64,000 nucleotides of DNA from an uncultured Candidatus Rokubacteria bacterium (GTDB lineage Bacteria > Methylomirabilota > Methylomirabilia > Rokubacteriales > CSP1-6), in contig CAVWFS010000018.1 of NCBI GenBank assembly GCA_963754315.1, forward strand, positions 650,047-714,046, read 5' to 3'. Each line of letters starts with the position of its first letter. Positions within the stretch are counted from its first letter, which is position 1. Shown piece by piece: positions 63,973-64,000 of this stretch. A model generated the notes under the pieces. It was given only the letters and a program-made list of their open reading frames with translations. It did not search any database and had not been told where the DNA came from. The position numbers were made by a program, and so were the translations under genes.

Positions 63973-64000
63973 CCGAGACCAGGAATGACTTGACCCGGAT

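Overview
High-GC (~68%) bacterial chromosomal segment, densely packed and almost entirely plus-strand coding. It reads as core-genome housekeeping, not an obvious mobile or accessory island. Contents in order are listed here. (1) A BatA-like module: low-complexity protein, DUF58, a 1460-aa N-terminal-TM multi-vWA protein, a TPR protein, then a GalT-like HIT nucleotidyltransferase. (2) gdhA on the minus strand. (3) A complete E. coli-type ISC operon, iscR-iscS-iscU-iscA-hscB-hscA-fdx-iscX, with an IscR type-1 operator upstream and an internal hairpin between iscA and hscB. (4) A convergent DsrE/DsrF/DsrH (TusDCB-like) sulfur-relay triplet, followed by a second cysteine desulfurase (NifS-like), cysE and an HD-domain protein. 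(5) dinB, two coupled ferritin-like (diiron) proteins, then accC plus a minimal BCCP. (6) rpoD on the minus strand. (7) Malic enzyme, a GT2, a class-I aminotransferase, a GT-C (ArnT/PMT-like) glycosyltransferase and nth, all start/stop coupled. (8) rplM-rpsI, argC-argJ, then the conserved rpsB-tsf-pyrH-frr-uppS-cdsA-dxr-rseP-ispG-proS block. (9) rimP-nusA-ylxR-infB-DUF503-rbfA-nrnA-truB-ribF, rpsO-pnp, an M16 peptidase, and purB-purC-purS-purQ-purL-purF. Two further observations stand out. A family of GC-rich, hairpin-dense tandem repeat elements sits at three intergenic loci. An unusual number of conserved genes are broken by frameshifts: galT-like, hscB, the aminotransferase, rseP, and infB twice, including a 10-bp tandem duplication. 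These look like single-base assembly errors or genuine disruptions and need read-level checking. No tRNA, rRNA, CRISPR array or transposase was recognised. Coordinates I derived by hand (alternative starts, repeats, hairpins) may be off by 1-2 nt; ORF-track coordinates are used wherever possible.
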